Positions 23,801-36,500 of a stretch of DNA of 64,000 nucleotides are shown piece by piece. The stretch is from positions 4,737,358-4,801,357 of the forward strand of contig CM082585.2 in the NCBI GenBank assembly GCA_040954595.2. Reading direction: 5' to 3'. How positions within the stretch are numbered: the stretch's first letter is position 1; the number at the start of each line of letters is the position of its first letter. Position numbers and translations under genes: made by a program. A model generated the notes under the pieces. That model was not told where the DNA came from, did not search any database, and was given only the letters and a program-made list of their open reading frames with translations. This DNA is from Balanoglossus misakiensis (Eukaryota > Animalia > Hemichordata).

Positions 23801-26800
23801 CAGATTGTTATTGGAACACAAAGCTGATGCTAACATACAAAACAAGGTAAATACCAACCTAACTTCTACAGGTTATTGCTAATCCACACAATCCTAAACA
23901 TTTGTTTGTTTGTTTGTTTTAGGAAACCTCACATTACATTTCAACTTTTGTGACATTGTTCTCATGCTCCTCCTTCATTACTTACAGAATGGAGACACAC
24001 CTTTGCACTATGCATCAGGAAGGTCTCGCAATGAAGGCCGTGTCAGATTATTATTGGAACACAAAGCTGATGCTAACATACAAAACAAGGTAAATTCCAC
24101 CATGACTTCTACAGATTAATGTATCAATAAAGAAATATATTTAATTACATTAAATCATGCTACCGTCTGCCATTCTGATTGGACAAGAGCTCAATCCATC
24201 GATGCTAAAATACTCATAGCACTGCTAAAACGGGCCCCTGAACTAGCATACGGCAACAAAAATGTGCAGTTAAAACCACAGTCGCGTGTATTTAAACCAA
24301 ATAAATAAAACAAAAATACTGTTGAATTAACGGCCGTTTTATTTTGGAACTGCTCTCTGGAAATATTTGTCACTTTGCCACGCGCGATGCCCGTCTTGTC
24401 ACTTTTTGTCGTCTGCTTCATGTTTAATGCTTGATCCCGGCCGCTCGTGTTTATATTCATCGTCACCATGTTGGTTCACGATCGTAACTTCTTTTTCTTA
24501 CGTTAAGAAAATGACACTGATATGCCACAAACACAATTGTTGATATAATATAATAGCAATAACCCCCGCCTCAGTCGGGTATACACTCGATTTGGGTACA
24601 ATTCGCTTCATATAGCATTCGCCTGACTATATGTTATATGTCTCGAATTGTACCCAAATCTCGCGTATACCCGTCTGTGGTGGGGGTTATTGCTTAAATA
24701 TGTTTCTTTGTTTGATATGCTATGGATCCTTATTTTAAAGGAGATACAGTGACAGTTAGGTTTTGTTTTAGTTTAAATCTTTAAATTTATCTCTCAACAA
24801 ACAGAACCTATTTAGATTAGTTAAACACCACAGTTTTGGCAAGAAATTATACATACTCACAAGGAAACTGCCTTAACAAAAATGTACTACCATTCTGTGA
24901 CTAGTTCTGTACCTCTGATAATGATTCTAGTAACTTTGTTGGTGCGCTGTTTATGCTTTTGTTTCTTGTATAGGATGGCAACACAGCACTTCATATGGCA
25001 GCAATGGGCGAAGGACATGACAGGGATTATGGAAAAGATGTGAAACTGTTGTTACAATATGGAGCTGATATTGACTGCAAAAATAAGGCAATATTTTCTA
25101 TTTTCCAATATTTCATTCCATGACACTCTACCATGTTTTCTGATCAACTTTCATTTTGTTATGTAAGTTTCTTCACAATCATTGACTTTGAAATGATAGG
25201 AAAGTTTATATGTGCAATTTCAAACTATTTTAACAAAACACTGATAAAGTAATAGTGTAATAAATTAGCGTACGGTAATTTTGTGTAATTTACAACTATG
25301 TCTTATATTCTGGACTATTAGTATTAATGCACCTTTCACCTCGTCTACCGCCCTCTATCACTTCTCATTCTATATATAGCCTCACTTTGGCTTCCCGCCA
25401 TCTTGAGAGCTGCTGCCTTTTCTTCCCACCCACCTCATCCCCAATTTATCTTATTTTCTTCCTATTCCTCATGCTCATTTCCATGTCATTTGTCTTGTCC
25501 CTCTCCGAGTATTTCCTTGGCTCACTTCTCTTCCTTTTTCTTCTATTTTTTACCGCATTATGTGTAGTGCTTTGTTTACGGTCAACAGTTGATTTCTTCA
25601 ATAAAGCACTGCCTTAGCTGCCAAACACGTCTTTGCGATTGTCGTTGTAAATTTTTAAATCCATCAAATTCACAATGTACATGTACAGTTGTCCCCAATT
25701 CACAGTAGCTCTTAATGGTAAATTGTAATGCAAGAACGTATGCTCGGGCATGGTGTTTTGAGAGTTCAATCAAATCTACTGGTACTCCCTCTGTGACTGG
25801 TCAGGTAAACAATATGCCAATTCTAACACTGAGAGTGTCTTACATTTCTATTTAAACATCTTTGTTTGGTATCCTTTTTCTTTTTAATTGACTATTTGTC
25901 AATTTTACAGAGGCAGGGATCGAGTACAAATTTATTTATGATAGTTATGATCATTGAATGATTATAATTCTTTATTTTTATTTTGATCTCTCTATACATT
26001 AATGTTCATTTCCTTTAATGTCGTATGGCATGAAGTTGACATTGAATGTGTGATAGTATCATTCAAAATATGCTGACAAATGTAAAAGATTCAATTGGGT
26101 GCATTGAGATTTTGTTCATGATGTCACATGATGTTGTCATTCATTTTTCATAAAATATGAAATAGAATTGACTTCAACATTATTTTGGAATTTATTACAT
26201 TTTGAATTATTAATGGTTATCAGTTACATTATTACTACTATTGTCTTATCAACATCAACATCATAATTCAGTTTTAATACTGTTTATCCTAATAAAACTT
26301 AGACCGGACAGACACCGCTTGATGTCGCTGAAAATTACTCTGCTCGGAATGTGCTATTGGATTACATTAGGGTGAGTGTAATTTTTTTTCTTTTGTCCTG
26401 AATTTTATCAATATATAACCTGAAATGTGCTTATTCTTATGAATTAAAAGTGTTCATTCACATGAATGTGATACAACTTGTTACTTAATATGGTGTCAAA
26501 CTCACAAATATAGCATAAATTCATTTTCATGATTTTTTTTTATTCAAAAAGAGACGAAATGAGTTCAGTGACCTGATGAAGGAACCAGGTGAGGAATGCG
26601 ACACTTTTAAGTTGTTCTTTGCTGGAGATGGTGGAGTTGGTAAGACTACACTATTCAAGTCACTTCAGAGGGTATGTTGATATTGATTAATTTGCGTAAC
26701 AGTTTTAGTTTTAATAGCCGTAACATTCACATTGTATGTATGGTGCATATTAGGAAACTACTGTATACTGATAGAATGCCACAGGTGAACTTTGGATAAT

Positions 26801-29800
26801 TAAAGCATACGCATGGTTGATAAAATTTCGACATTTTGTGTAGGTATATAGTGAATTTTTTTTCTTTCACTTTTCTTTATCAAAGAGTGAAGATACAACA
26901 ATGGAATTTGAACACAGTGGACACATTCCCACACCTGGTATTGATGTCCAAAGTGTTCATATTCCTGGCGTAGGAAAGTGCAGTGTTTGGGATTTTGCTG
27001 GCCAGGCTGAGTATTACGTCACTCATAACATGTTTCTGGGAGCACCCAATGCTGTCTCCATATTGGTGTTCAAAGCTACAGACGAGAATGGTCAACTCAA
27101 CACCTTTGAAGGTGTGTTCCCACAGGTAAGAATCTTCACAGTAAATTTACTTAATTTGAGACTGTATATCCATTTATTACACCTAACGTATTATACCATA
27201 TTCGTGATTGGCTGAGACGCGCTCACGTGATATAGAAAAAAAAGTGATATAACATGGCTAGAGTTGATAAAGCCCTGTCGCGTGCGCTGATATTGCCCGC
27301 TGGGTTGTTTTGTGTTCTGCGCGCGACTTCTGCGCGTTCCAAACTGTCGTTCAATGGCTTCCTCCACGATCAGTCAACTCCCGCATCTATGGCTTCAAAG
27401 CGACACAATAGGATTAATACCTGTTCAACTGGACGATATTTTACCGCAAACGGACAGCAAATACACCAAAATTGCAACCAACAGCGCAGTATTTTCAAAA
27501 TAATCTAAGTTCGAAGTATAGGTATCGTATAATTCTTGAGAGATCGAGACATTTTACATTCTCAGCAATGTACGACATATGGACGCGAGTCTACGTTCGT
27601 CTATGCTGCACTTGTATGTACGTTCAAATGTTCGGCGTAATAAAATTAATAACACATGATGTTGCCCTCGCTATCATGTGTTATTATTTAAATGTTTTGC
27701 ATTATTTATCACTTTCCCATTTTATCTGTAGGAATGGAAAATATTGCTGTTTAAGAATTCATGGCTTTTTGATAGAGTTGCAGATATTTCTATATAATTA
27801 GTCTACTGCAGAACCAACGTGCCATTGTTGTTAAATAATTTTTGGCATTGTTTATCACATACATAACTCTTCATATTACCTGAATCATGAGAAATCTATA
27901 TTGAGATTCAATTCATGATCGATTTGACTCAAAATTAATTCTTTTCATGGTACAAATATTCTCATTTGTAGATTTTGTTTTGGTTGCGGTTTCTGAAAGG
28001 AACAACCCACATGGACAGGTATTCATTCGATCAGCCAGGTGAAGGATACAAGAAACCAGTGGTGATATTGGTTGCAAGTCGAGCTGATAAGTTGGAGAAT
28101 GAATACGTGGCTCTAGGTTGGTGTGTGTGTGTGTGTGTGTATGTATGTGTATGTATGTATGTATGTATGTATGTATGTATGTATGTATGTATGTATGTAT
28201 GTATGTATGTATGTATGTATGTATGTATGTATGTAGAGAGAACTGGGGTGAAAGGGTTAATGACTGTTTTATACACTATTGAGAGAAAATTTCATAGCAG
28301 AACTTTTTTTGCCTTAGTTTCTGCATATGGAGTTATCTGACAATTACCGTAATATTGTCATCTCTTTATAATTCACAGCAAACCATATGCTGGAGGAAAT
28401 TCTGACAAAAGCACAGACTATGTTTCAAGAGTATTTGGACATAGTGAGCGACATATTTCCGTTGAATTGCCGTGACTCTACAGGCAGTGAAATGAAGAAA
28501 CTCCGTGACTGTTTAAATCAGAAAAAGGTAACAATATTTTGCCTCTGAATAGTTATAAGCTTTATAAACATAAATACACTATAATAGTCCAGTTAATGTA
28601 AAACCACCGGACAAGCATCATACTCAGTCTGCTAAATTTGAATTTCTACTTTGGCAAAAGTTGACTGGAATGCATAAATATAATGCTTTGTTTTATGTGT
28701 CATTTTGTGAGACTTGTAAACACAAGTCATGGTGTTTTTTAAAATTTCCCCCGATGACTTTTTTACTGAATGAAATAAATGTGGCTACTTCACATAACAT
28801 TTGACATGTTATCAATTTTTTTTCATTCTTAGACAGTGAAAACTCTTCCAAGTGTTTGTGCCAAAATAATGGAAATGAAGAGTGAATTATATGACAAGAA
28901 GTTCCCTGGCATTTATTGGACATTGTACATGGCAAAAATCAAAGAAAAATATCCCACAATTGACGAAAGTTTCTTACAAAAAGCCACCAACTATCTGCAT
29001 GACATAGGAGAGGTCAGTAACAAGAAACTTCAGTATGTCATTGATAATAATTTATCTAAATCTCACCACATGCCAGCCATATTATTTTGTTGGAGCTTAT
29101 AAGTTAAATTTCATATTGTGCCTTGCATACAGAAATGCGCAACATGCAGATTTTCATGTATCGAAATATTTCTTTTCTTGTGTACAGCTTTTGTTTGTGA
29201 AGAAGTCATCTTCAGAAAGAGAAGATGTCGTGGTATTGGATCCAAACTGGTTGTGTTACAGGATATTTGGACCAATGTTGGCTACCCATTTATTTGCACA
29301 GTTCAGTTCCAGATTCGAGAGAGATTGTTTTCAAACCTTGGATAAGATAGAACATGTACTTGGTGAAGGTGTAAACATCAAACTTCTCATCGACCTTCTA
29401 GAGGATTTTGAGCTTCTCTGTCCAGCACATGATATCACAAAGACTGGGGAGAAACTTTTCTTCATACCAGGGCTTCAAGACGATGATATGCCTAAAGATC
29501 AATGGAAATTGAATCGCATGAAGAAAATCTACCGTGGAATACGGTTTGAATGCCATGATGAATCAGATTCCTTTACGGCAGGCTTTTTCCCAAGATTACA
29601 GACCCGTCTATATAAGCGTTTCACAGAGCTTGGCCAACCGCCCAGTGGCATATGGAGAAATGGTATCAAAGTGTGCCATAATGTTGAGGGTCTTGTCTTT
29701 ATGACCAATGGCAGAAGGGCAGTCAATGTCTGCGTACGAGTTGAAGACAAGAAGTTGATTGGTAAGGGCCATGAGCTTCTTGAGATGGTTTCCAAAGACA

Positions 29801-30366
29801 TACAGGATGTCTTCTCAATCGCATGTCCAGGCAACAGAATGAATCAGCTTATCCTGAGTGCAGATTCTCTTGCAAACCACGATATGGAACAAGTTGGGTT
29901 TTACACTCTCGACGTTGTGCTACGTGCAGAAGACATGGGAAAGAAAGTGTACAACAAAAAAGTTGGTAAAGCAGAAGATGTTTGTGACCTGCTTTGTCAA
30001 GGTCATGACACAACAATCTTACTGAAGAAGTGGAAAGGCTGTGATATCAAATGGATGCTTGAAAAAACCAGAGAAACACTGACCCTGACAATGGAAACTG
30101 AAACTATAGAGCCTCAGCACTATGGCAAAATGGCTGAACATATGGGAATCGGGAACACAGATGTCATGTTACTGAAAGAAGCGGCACGTCTGGCAGGCAA
30201 ACCAGTTACAGACTGCATCTTCGACGAGTGGTGTCGTAGATGCGCAGAGAAGCAACACCAACAAAGCAACTTTGAGAATCTGTTGGCAATATTCCGCACC
30301 ATGGGAAGAGACGATATGGTCGGATTGATTGAACAGATGTTCGAGAAATTGGAAGAACGAAGATAG
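17815..30366 (+). CDS. ROCO protein: ~17-18 ankyrin repeats + ROC GTPase + COR + C-terminal death domain (DAPK1-like, no kinase domain in the traced exons); ~1267 aa plus an unlocated start exon
   Basis: Exons that join in frame: 17815-17925, 19454-19552, 14 tandem ANK exons 20671-24089, 24974-25087 (GC donor), 26303-26371, 26552-26671 (KLFFAGDGGVGKTTL, P-loop), 26886-27125 (PTPGID, VWDFAGQAEYYVTH), 27972-28116 (VILVASRADKL, G4), 28379-28527 (IFPLNCR, G5), 28833-29012 (YLHDIGE) and 29188-30366 (VVLDPNWLC, GFFPRLQ COR motifs; death-domain-like end ..DEWC..LLAIFRTMGRDDMVGLI). Confidence 0.92.
17940..18930. mobile_element. Intronic hairpin-bearing element (Crypton-like, tentative)
   Basis: ~140-nt palindrome at 17943-18083 centred on gaggcgaagccgag; inverted repeat at 18090-18117 / 18899-18926. 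Confidence 0.6.
20671..24089 (+). repeat. Tandem array of 14 single-ankyrin-repeat exons (~235-270 bp period)
   Basis: Exons at 20671-20769, 20920-21018, 21156-21254, 21417-21515, 21678-21776, 21939-22037, 22200-22298, 22461-22559, 22722-22820, 22983-23087, 23233-23334, 23480-23578, 23748-23846 and 23988-24089. All have ttacag|...|gtaaat boundaries, phase 0, and consensus xGDTPLHxAAxxGDEGRVxLLLEHKADxxIQNK. Confidence 0.96.
25254..25653 (+). mobile_element. ~400-bp segment absent from the paralog; possible solo-LTR remnant
   Basis: The paralog at ~3130 joins the two flanks. It begins near tgtaat and contains a TATA-like tatatata (~25372) and aataaa (~25600). Confidence 0.4.
27165..27692. mobile_element. 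Intronic CpG-rich non-autonomous repeat related in style to 1560-2446
   Basis: Shares gattgg..gag and cacgtg motifs; terminal hairpin aataacacatgat..atcatgtgttatt. Confidence 0.45.
28121..28233. repeat. (TG)n/(TATG)n microsatellite at the start of an intron
   Basis: Direct reading. Confidence 0.95.
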
Positions 30367-32321
30367 ACTGAATGCAGAACTTGTGCTGAAAAATAAGCAG
30401 AAAGTATGTGAAAACCGGAATTCATTTGTGTCGAATTCCACCCACTAACCCTAAACCATGTGTGTGAAATGAATATCAGAATTTTAAGAATTTGTCTATT
30501 CACAGGATGTCAATAGACGCAACGTATGGACATGGAAACCAATCATTCATAAAGTTAACATGAATAACTTTACTTAGAGTTAATACCTTGTCAAACAAAT
30601 CAGAAAATTAATATCTTTTCTCATGTTATGTTACCCAGAAAATCACTCATTTGAACAACAGACTTCTGAAGGAAAAGTTACCTGAGAGTAGAATATTATT
30701 GATTGGTAGAATGGTATTCTTTCCAAGGCATTTTGCGCTAGTACAATAGTGTAGTTAGATTTTGTGTTTTTTATGGATATTCTGAACAACCGTTTGTTTT
30801 CATACAATCTGTTCCTTGTTTCTTGATGGCAACTTGTCAAAACTCAATGAAGTATATGTAATGTTTGTGTGCAAAAATATTACAGTATACTTTCAATCAC
30901 ACACACACACACACACGCATACACACAGACAGACAGACAGACATAATTGATACCAAGCAAAGAAGTCATGATGAACCAATATCTTTTATTTTTAATGGCA
31001 GCATTTTTTTAAAGATGCACTTTACTTTTATCAAATAATATGATTGTACAATTGATGCTCTTTAATAGGACATAGGTTTTATTGAAATTTGCCTTGTGTG
31101 TCCAAATATTCATTTATGTGTTTGTTATACACATTCATATTTGAGTTGTCTGGATAGATTCATGGGGAAATTCAAAATACCTGCCTTGCATTAAAATTCA
31201 TAAATTTTCAAGTATTTTCAAATATTTTCATTGGAAAATGCCCATAGAATTACATAAAGATGCTGAAAATCTTTACCATATCACAACATGCACCACTAGA
31301 AACCTGGAGTTATTGTCCGTTTACGATACAAAGACAAATTGATGTTTTTTAATAAGTTAATTGACTGTCCTAATGTTTTATGACATTTCCTTTAGGTTTG
31401 GAGAAGTGTTTATTGGTGCAAAAGTTAAGTGAGAAGAGTCAGTTTTCTATAATGAGTACTGGTATGTCACTGATGTCAACGGTTTGTCTCGTCACCCTTT
31501 CACCACAATGGTTCAGTCCAAACCCATTGTTTGCTATGGTGAGGTTGGACCTCTAAAGAGGGAACTGGGGGTCGAAGGGTTCAAGTTCAGCTTTGTGACT
31601 CTCATCTCGGCTAGTATGTCCAATTTTGGGGGAACCACTTGCCAATACTGGCTGCAGAGTATATTTATGTGTATGATCTCGTTCTCGCATACTTCCATGT
31701 CTGAGCCGGAGCCAGTGTTGGAAAAATCAAGTTTTACAGGGAATGGCTGGAAAGATGGTGGAGATGATGCGATTCCCAATGTAGTGGAAGTATCTTTAGG
31801 TCTCTTTGAAGATGCGCTGCTGGGTCACTGATTTCCGTGCACACATTTTGATAATGCAACACTCTGTCACCACTTTCTGTGCACACATTTTGATGATGAG
31901 ACATTCTGTCACCATTTCCCGTGTAGACATCAACGTGGCTGGAATTCTGTCCCGTCGACGCACTTTCATCCACAGTCATATACACCGCCACCGGGCCATC
32001 CAAACGGCCTCGAACAGTTTTCTTCGGGAACCTATCACGGGGGTGATACCAAGTTTTCTCAGAATCCCGACTGCCTTCATTCTCTGTGACAGTAATGTGT
32101 CCTAAATACCACAGGAAGTTGATAATTATTGGTATATCTGAAAGGGAAAAAAAGAAGAAAAAAAACCTTGCTGAGCTTATTGAAAACAAGTGACCTAGCA
32201 TTGACATAGCATGCCTGTGATATGACAATATTCCGTAAATTCTGTCTAAACTGAAACCTGTCTAATTTTAATGAGAGTGCAAATTCAACGCATTGATTCG
32301 AATAGGCAACATCTGGGAATG

Positions 32322-33587
32322 TAGTCTCTGTTACCCAGAGCCCTCTGCTTCTTCCGTTGGGCACTCCAATAAGAGGGTCTGGGGAAACAGTAGAGTACTA
32401 TGCGCGTCAAAGAGACCTGCCATATATGTTGGTAGCCAACGTATATGGCAGGTCTGCAACAAATATGGCAGGAAGTGTATAACATGGCCGACCTGCGGTA
32501 TTTGTTGCAGACCTGCCACATACGTTGCCCTGCATGGTGCCAGGTCCACTTAGGCCACACCCAGGAATTGTATACCATGGCAGTTCAGAGAGTCTCCGAA
32601 CAACATATATGACAGGTCGCAGAGCCGCCTGACTCCCAAACACGGACTGCACAGAGAACGGTCATAAATTGGCTCTATTAAATTGGGGGTTATCGTCACG
32701 AATTACGTGTACGGGCTACTATTTACATTGAATAAAGACTTAGAATACGTCACGGTTTGTCGTAATTAATGAGTGTATTTGAAATAAAAGGACAATTTAC
32801 GTCCGTTCTCTGTGCAGTCCGTGTTTGGGAGTCAGGCCGCTCTGCGACCTGCCATATATGTTGTTCGGAGACTCTCCGACCTGCCATATATGTTGCATCT
32901 ATGTCGGAGACTCTCTGACCTGCTATATTTTTGTTGCCTTGATTAAATAGAGGGTTTATACTCATGAAATACCAACATCAGTTTTTACTTACGTATTTTA
33001 AGTCTTTATTCAATGTAAATAGTAGCCCGTACACGTAATTCGTGACGAAAAACCCCCAATTTAATAGAGCCAACAAATATGGCAGGTCAGAGAGTCTCCG
33101 AACAACATATATGGCAGGTCGCAGAGTAAGTAGGGAGCCCTCCACGCCAGGGACTACAGTCACGTGTTACATGATTGATGCAACTCATATGGCAGGTCAA
33201 TGGGTCTCCAAATAGTTGACATTCAGGCTCGAGACGCGCGTAGTACCCCTATCTGGGGAAACCCCATAGAAAACTCTCCGGGCAAAGATAGCCGACTTGA
33301 GACAAAAGCGATGCATGGTGGTCGACATTTATGACATACGATATTATGATATAACGATATTAGAAAACTATTTACCAAACTTCTCTCTCTCTTTTCAATT
33401 TGAAGACAGTTTTAGCAGGTCTAGTACTTCTCAGCGTGTTTTTTTATGTTTGAGGCTGCAACCATCATGCATCGCTTTTGTCTCAAGTTGGCCATCTTTG
33501 CCCGGAGAGTTTTCTATAGGGTTTCCCCACACCCTCTTTCTGGAGTGCCCAACGGAAGAAGCAGAGGGCTCTGGGTAACCGAGACTA
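32322..33587. mobile_element. 1.27-kb non-autonomous DNA transposon, TAG..CTA termini, 9-bp TSD (AcademH- or MULE-like)
   Basis: ~65-bp TIRs; TSD ctgggaatg at 32313-32321 and 33588-33596; internal nested inverted repeats and many gacctgccatat motifs. Confidence 0.88.
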
Positions 33588-36500
33588 CTGGGAATGGAGT
33601 GGGCCAGTGGTTATACATGTATTGACCAGTTGCCAAAGCTTCCCGGTCTGATAAAACCAGCCTGCCGAGGCTTGTATAAAAATTGTTTTGTCTGAATACA
33701 TTGCGTGTGACATAATGTTTTCTATATATCATTTAATAATATTCCTCTTTTGGCACTTTTCATAAAATAACGATTTAGTAACATTGTTTTCTACGTGTAA
33801 GGCTGTGGAATGTGATAACCATGCACTGCATGTCGGTTGTCACCTACATTAATTGGCTCTCTTCTAGCCTATATCCCGTGAATAAACATTAATTAAAAGT
33901 TTTATGGTCACCTCTTATTTACAGATGCCTATGTGGTCAAAAAGGCGTGTCTAAGTCTTTATGACCGTGTGGTGGCGCCCTTTTTTTCATGTGTGCCACC
34001 CACTGGAAGTCTGTGATTTGCTACATTTGAATTTGATGTTGGCAATGGTGGTTAAATTTGCACTGTAAACCTTTAACCCTCTCACCAGAATGGTTCAGTC
34101 CAAACCCATTGTTTTCTATGGTAGGGTTGGACCTCTACAGAGGGAACTGGGGGTGAAAGGGGGAGAGAGAGAGAGAGAGAGAGAGTGTGTGTGTGTGTGT
34201 ACATAAAAGCATGATGCATGTATATACAGACAGACAAACATACAGGTGACGGACAAATCCCATAATCACCCACAGGAATATAATTTCATACCAAATAGAG
34301 GCTATAACAGGTCTATTCAAATCATATAACAAATAATGTTGCATAACCAGAGAGATCTAAAAAATCTTTCATTCCAAGTAGAACATTTTCCAGTGAGTTC
34401 TTTGTAGTGCTTCCACTCAAACAATGACATGCAGAGCCAAAAAACAAAAAAGAATGTTTTGTGAAGTCTTACATAACAAACCTATATACCTCACTGCCGG
34501 GTTGACACGCAATTATGTCTTTCATGTTCATATACATAACAAAAGACCGAGATTTCCCTTTTAAATCATTCTCTCAATTAAGCTATTGTTTAGCGTTTGC
34601 GAAACTATGCCAGGAATGGCCTACAACCTGTGTCTGCAGCATTTCTAGAAAAGTCGACGCATTAGTGATGCAAATTATCTGTGTCAGGACATGCGTGGAC
34701 ACATCTTCGCCCGTCAAGGTCTTGTTGTCCGCAAAAATAGGAAGGAAGTCAACGACCAGTGCCAGCGGACGATAGCATGGGGACATACAACTTCTGAGAA
34801 ATATATTTTTGACTTTTTGATTTCCCCTTAATTTTTTCCACACGTATATGGCCAGTTTTAGTCATGCGTATCTACTGCCATGTGAAAGTGAAAAAGAAAA
34901 AAATTAAATTGCCACTTATACAAGCTTTATGCAACTCAGCACAAAGCTCTTTCTCTGAGTCTGTTCAAAATTTAAATGTTTACATCATCGGCAGGTCAAC
35001 AAACTAAGGTTCGAAAGAAATCCATGGTACTTTCTTTGGTTTGAGTGAACAGATTTATTTATTTTAAACTACTAATAAAATTGACTTTAGGCTTTGAAGT
35101 TATTTTCATGAATGATATTAACATAGAGGCTGTACTTCATAATCATAAGTTTGTCCGCTCTCATGAAAAAAAGCGAGAGAAAAGTATAATTATAGCATGC
35201 TGTGATTTCATGTGATTTCAGGTTGTCATTTCCTCTGGAGAAAAAATTGTCCCAGTCAAATAAAATGTTTAATTGTTAGTCATTTTTGGTCCACATGCCA
35301 CTGTTGAAGGACTTAGGATATATCTGAGTCCATAGAAACCCTGCAAAGCAAAATTTCTGTATCTTTAGGTGAACTTGTATTTTAAAAGTGAATATTCATG
35401 ACTATTGTATTTGAGTCACAACTCTGTAACCCCTGTTTCCCTACAGAGGCCAAACTTTACCTCAGAAAACAATGGAATTTGGCCAAACCATGGTAAGGGT
35501 TAATTAAGCTTATAGATCCGTTGACCCTGAATGAAGGTTTTAAAACTTTTGACCACTTCTGGTACTTTGCAACTTCAAGATTAGAGTATTGGCTCGTGTG
35601 ATTTTCAAGTGAAACACTGAGTTGTACGTGCAGGGGCTACGTAAACAGAATTACAGGAAGAGTTCCACCTATTGCATGTACACACAGATTAAGATCATTT
35701 TCCAGCTAATATCATTGAATTACCTTCCTCTTTACTGAAAAAAAAATTTAACTACAAAATTCACAACAGCAAATAAAGTTTAAAACAATGATATCACTGG
35801 TGATCAAGACTTGAAAATCATTAAAGTCTTAAACAGAAAATATGCCACTATATTCCTCATCAACATTTGCATCAAAGTTAGCGAATGAATGAAAGTTATT
35901 TGAACCATGCATCTCCCCTATCTTGTCTTAATTGTCATGTGAGTGGGTCCGAACGAATTCCCATGCTTGTTATGTCATGCCCAGCGGTGGGTTCATTGCC
36001 CCTATTCAAGTGCCATTCTCAAACATTTGCATTGAAGACCTGGGTGAAGAGGAACGACAAGTGAATTGCATTGTCGTTCGTCCATTCACATCTCTATGGG
36101 GCAATCACAGCTGCATAAAAGAGAGAGGTGCACTTTGCTGTCCCCCCTCCCAGCTCTCTCGATTGTTTTAAGTCATAAAACGCGATTGAAAAGATGGAGT
36201 CTCCCCCGGGGTTAATTAATCCAGATTTTCAGCTCACAGCCGGCCTGGCGTGCATTGACATTTGCACTTTGCGAGGAGCACTGCGTCACGAAAATCTCAG
36301 AATGCGCATTATGCCTATAACTCAATTATCTATCTCACATAAGAAAATTCAAATCATGGTGACCGTGACTCCCTTCGTGTTGAATCAAGTTTGTCGGTTG
36401 ATTTTTGACAGGCGTTCTTGTAGAACGGTACATTTTTGAATATGTGAGGACACTACAAAGAGTTAGATTGACAGAGCTGGTTCAGAAAATCACAACTTTT

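Noticed and set aside
27975-28340. ORFs with VCMY / HTYI repeats
   Set aside because: They are translations of an intronic (TATG)n microsatellite.
17815-30366. Calling the gene DAPK1 or LRRK
   Set aside because: No kinase or LRR exons were found in the window; only ANK-ROC-COR-DD is supported.
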